A DNA stretch of 63,052 nucleotides, the filler included, from Olpidium bornovanus S191 (taxonomy: Eukaryota; Fungi; Olpidiomycota), in the NCBI GenBank assembly GCA_017911155.1. It is 31 parts of 31 records of this genome, joined end to end, with 100 filler letters (N's around TTAATTAATTAA, not from the genome) between each part and the next. Parts side by side here need not be neighbours in the genome. Positions count along the whole stretch, not along the records: positions 55,426 to 61,883 come from JAEFCI010009368.1; positions 61,984 to 63,052 come from JAEFCI010008990.1; 29 more parts are not named here. One strand, 5' to 3'. Position numbers and translations under genes: made by a program. How positions within the stretch are numbered: the stretch's first letter is position 1; every line of letters starts with the position of its first letter. Shown piece by piece: positions 59,601-63,052 of this stretch. Below the pieces are notes generated by a model. The model was not told the DNA's origin, did not search any database, and saw only the letters and a program-made list of their open reading frames with translations.

Positions 59601-60680
59601 CCATGCCCCTCATATCAAAGGTCACACGCCCTGGTGGCAAATGCTACCCGGCACCCTTTCCTCTTACATGTGTGCATGCGCCAGTCATTTGTCGGCCGGA
59701 TATACCAAAGGACATCGTCTATAGGCGGCCGCCTTCTGGGCATGCGACGTCGTATATACCCTCGACGGCTGGGCCGATTGGGGAGTAGCGGGTAACGCTA
59801 ACGGCACCGTCATAGTTGTTCTAGTATAATTGCACGGTTCCTTGAAGATCCATCCCCCCCTTCCTTCTTAGATAGATTTACCTGAATTTCATGGGCATGG
59901 TCAAGATTCAGCGGGTAAATCTATTGTGAATTAAAGGTGTCCCCCTCCAAGCTAATAAAGTTCCTTAAAAAATCTTAGCAACTTTCCCCGGGCGAAATGA
60001 TAACTGCGGGAGGATCCCCTGACGGTCGTCCGGTCCGTCGCGTCCCTGATGAAAGACAGATTCATCAACCGAGCTGGTCATGAGGAAATCAAGCCGAAGC
60101 TCCCTGCCCGTATGGTGAAATGGCCAACAGGTGCCAGATGATTAGAGTAACGTCGGCAATTTATTGCCTACGTTGTCGAGCTGGAAGAAACCTTCATAAA
60201 GCGGCGGGAGGAATCGTTGTCTGAAGAAAATCACCCGAGTTTTGAAAAGAAAGGAACCTCAGAACACGACTGATTGCAGGGCCACATCCTAAAAATCAAT
60301 GGTAAAATTGAGCGAAGTTGCGCACCAACTTGGCGACGGACACGACAATGCGCCTGGGAGACGCGAGTTCCGTTCCCCTTCTCGCAGTGGCGCGTATGCT
60401 GGTCCTGTCGAGGATGTCGCGCGGCCACGAGAATTGCACCATGAAAGCCGATCTCTTTCAGCTTTACTCTCTGGTCTATTCACCCGAATCCGAGTCCGCC
60501 CGTTTCCGGGAGGATGTTATGCGGCTGGAGGGCAACTTGTGTACGGTGTTCGGCAAGCCATTCATGGGGATAGTCGCGGAGATTGATCAGGGATGCAACA
60601 AGGAGACGTCCGTGCTACGTACGGGGGCCACCGCACTTGACCCCGAGCACTCATTGTTGACCAGTGGTTCAATTCCATTT

Positions 60681-61090
60681 ACATGTTTTATATTTAATAA
60701 TTAATATTCGATACCTTACTGGTTTATGCTTTTATAAATTACACATCTTATTAATGATATCTTAAACTTAAAGAGGAGTTTCTTAACCTGTTCTTCAGTA
60801 ATTTTGCGTTTGTTTTCGCTTTTATTATTGTGAATGAGTTTTGCAATGACTAACATTTCTTTATCATTCATCTCGTGATTGACAAGGCAGTCATTCAGGA
60901 CATATTCAGTATGTCTGCAGTAGTACATGTTGTTTTACTTATTTGTTTTTTTTACCATGGGTAAACCAATTTGCTTTATATGCGAGGATGTCATTCTTTG
61001 TCAATAAACTCCGTGTTACACTTACATCATATCTACCATGGTCTCGGATAGTTCAGAGGGCTTCACCTCAGTTGCAAATTTTCAAAACTT
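60681..61090 (-). other. AT-rich island with a short lysine/asparagine-rich ORF (60716-60928)
   Basis: Hand count about 25% GC over 60681-60880, against a GC-rich background; ORF YYCRHTEYVLNDCLVNHEMNDKEMLVIAKLIHNNKSENKRKITEEQVKKLLFKFKISL. Confidence 0.6.
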
Positions 61091-61095
61091 AAGTT

Positions 61096-61883
61096 TGTAG
61101 TGGACACTTCATTATTCCCCTCATTCCTCCGCCCAACGCATCGCCTTCTATCGATGTACCGTTCGACCCCAATGCCTCCCGTTCGATCTTAAGGTTTTCC
61201 GTTCGTTCTCGATGCTTCCGTTCGACCCCGAGACCTCTTGCTCGACCTCGAAGCCCTTTGCTAGATCCCGACGCTCTTTGCCCGCTTCTCCTTAGTGTCT
61301 GGGCCCCCAATCGAGGGGGGGCCCAAGTACCTAAACCCCTGGGGTTCCCCCTCTTCGAATAAACACAAGAACCCTTCGCCGGACACACCACCCACAACAA
61401 AGTGGGGAATCTGAGGACGAGCTCTCCCCTCTCCTCTCGGCGTCGTTATATACTCTCCCGTCGCTCCCCCAACGCCATCCCATCCTCCACCCCATCGCCT
61501 ACCTCCCGTCGACCGGCCTCCCTGCTTGGCCTTCGACCCACGCATGCCCTCGCCTTGCTGCCGCCGCGGCGGCGGCTCCGGGACACCCGCCCCGACCCCG
61601 GTACGTCTGCCGTTGAACCGCCATCGACCGCCCTTCCCTTGGCGGCCCTTTCGACCGCGCCGGCGTTGCCCGCTCCTGCCACGACCGCTCTCGCCCCGGC
61701 CGTCTCCTCCGGTGAGGTAGACGCGCTTGCGGCCGCCGCTGCGATACCGCCTCTTGCAGACAAGCCGATGCTCGACCTCCCACCGCGCACCGTGCCTGTT
61801 TTTGGCTCGGTTGAGGTCCCGCTCGCCCCCACCGTCTTTTCCGTCGCCGACGTCGACCTGACCGCTTTGTCGACGCTCAAACG
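61096..61883 (+). mobile_element. LTR retroelement 5' end: 304-bp LTR (61096-61399), TGG-initiated PBS-like site, Ala/Pro-rich gag-like ORF start
   Basis: TGTAGTGG...CCACAACA near-perfect inverted termini, internal AATAAA, repeated CCGTTCG motifs, then AAG-TGGGGAATCTGAGG and an ORF open to the contig end. Confidence 0.55.
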
Positions 61884-62093
61884 NNNNNNNNNNNNNNNNN
61901 NNNNNNNNNNNNNNNNNNNNNNNNNNNTTAATTAATTAANNNNNNNNNNNNNNNNNNNNNNNNNNNNNNNNNNNNNNNNNNNNCGAACGCGTCCTCGAGT
62001 AACGTTAGAGTCGTAGAGCAAACGAACCCCAGAGCGAGTAGGAGAGGGAAAGAGAAAGGGAGACGGAGAGAACGCTCGCGAGAACTGGAATTT

Positions 62094-62379
62094 AGAGGCT
62101 GGGTCTTGGAGTTTCGAGTGCAAGAGCTGGAACAACGACTTTCTACAAGGCCCGGCGCCGCCTGTCCTCAACTGCCCACCTATTTTCCCAAAAGCGGCGA
62201 ACCGGGAGTGGCCCCACGAAGATCGCCAAGAACCCCGTCAAGAAGTTCGTCGAGAAGTTCGCCGAGAAGCAGCAAGGCGCGATGGGCGGCTGGCTGACGG
62301 CCGCAAACGGACACTCCCCCCGGCTGAGCCGGGCGGGCCCGAGGGGCTGCGCAAGCGGCAGCGACTCGAGCCCCCGTAA
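62094..62379 (+). CDS. Possible 3' end of an unidentified ORF
   Basis: TFYKARRRL...KNPVKKFVEKFAEKQQGAMGGWL, then after a probable C-run slip GLRKRQRLEPP* (NLS-like end, TAA 62377-62379). Confidence 0.35.
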
Positions 62380-62566
62380 TCTCCGGCCCTTTTCCTGACC
62401 CCGCCTCTTCTCTTCCTAGACCTTGTCTCCCTTATAGCCTCTGCCCTCCGCCCCTGGTCCCTCCACCCCCGCCATACCCCCCGTTCCAGTCCCAACCTGT
62501 TCCCGCCTCCTCCAGACCCCGCCCTCTCCAGATCCCGCCTTCTCCAGATCCCGCCTTCCCTCGCAC

Positions 62567-62718
62567 GCGGGGCCTTCGGCCCCGCAAGATAGTTATAGAT
62601 ACATGCGCGAGGGCTTCCGGCCCTCGCTACAGATTGTACTAAGATAGCGCGCGCCGGGCGGCCTAACGGCCGCCGGCGCTTGATAATAAAGCGAGTTCAA
62701 CCCTAACCCTAACCCTAA
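62567..62718 (+). repeat. Three GC-rich hairpins, AATAAA and an interstitial telomere-type repeat (AACCCT)3AA
   Basis: Stems at 62567-62585, 62607-62627 and 62651-62679; AATAAA 62685-62690; AACCCTAACCCTAACCCTAA 62699-62718. Confidence 0.85.
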
Positions 62719-62889
62719 GCTTGGTAATAAACGCCGCTGCGCTCCGCCGCTGCTGCCGAATCACTGATCGCCTCTGCTCTGCCGCCTTTTTTTTTGCCGC
62801 AGACGCACGCCGTCATCCCATCGCTGTCGCTTGCCGTCGCCGCCATCGCCGCAGCTGCCACCGCTTTCCAGCCCTACCAGAAATACACT

Positions 62890-63052
62890 ATGCCATTTGA
62901 TCCAGAACGTCCAACGGCCGGAAAGGGAGCCATCTTCTCCAAGATGCCTCTAGGGATGAACCCTGGAAGCTCATCCCATCCCGGGAGTGACACCCCATCC
63001 CCGACTGGACCAAACCAAGCAATTGATCCTAGGCAACAGGAAATAGACCACC
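62890..63052 (+). CDS. Unidentified ORF start, open to the window end, preceded by a putative 79-nt 5'-UTR intron (62724-62802)
   Basis: MPFDPERPTAGKGAIFSKMPLGMNPGSSSHPGSDTPSPTGPNQAIDPRQQEIDH; upstream G|GTAATA donor, CACTGAT branch-like motif, T9-GCCGCAG acceptor. Confidence 0.45.
   Translation, partial: MPFDPERPTAGKGAIFSKMPLGMNPGSSSHPGSDTPSPTGPNQAIDPRQQEIDH

Noticed and set aside
60046-60088. Hammerhead ribozyme (CTGATGA ... GAAA)
   Set aside because: No stem II pairing between the core motifs and no flanking stems I and III.
62699-62810. Telomerase RNA template with a downstream U-rich pseudoknot strand
   Set aside because: More than three repeats is long for a template, no A-rich triplex partner is evident, and the T-run fits an intron acceptor with a matching donor and branch site.

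Overview
This window is not contiguous genome. It is 31 short contigs (about 1-6.5 kb) joined by an artificial 100-nt spacer (N44-TTAATTAATTAA-N44), so adjacency across spacers has no biological meaning. The DNA is GC-rich, intron-rich and eukaryotic, with long homopolymer and (GA)n runs. Gene content points to a fungus: ATG17, COY1/CASP, a Clr2-N domain, CDC25, CRC1, CYS4, SER1, RRP15, UTP15 and RPA135. It also keeps genes typical of flagellated or ancestral opisthokonts: an AK9-like multi-domain adenylate kinase, FANCD2, a zizimin-type DOCK and an MST1/2-like kinase. The inference is an early-diverging zoosporic fungus; an Olpidium-like fragmented assembly is my unverified guess. Most contigs carry one partial spliced housekeeping gene. 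The unexplained signals are: (1) a junction with three GC hairpins, AATAAA, (AACCCT)3, a putative 5'-UTR intron and a new ORF, resembling a telomere-associated retroelement array; (2) several LTR elements with very short LTRs (72-124 bp), three of which share a half-tRNAiMet primer site followed by GC-rich repeat leaders, two ending in a covarying hairpin; (3) decayed KDM3-type zinc-finger and NYN-domain sequences; (4) an AT-rich coding-like island; and (5) a strong CATG bias at contig ends, probably technical. All protein assignments come from motif recognition by eye, not database searches.
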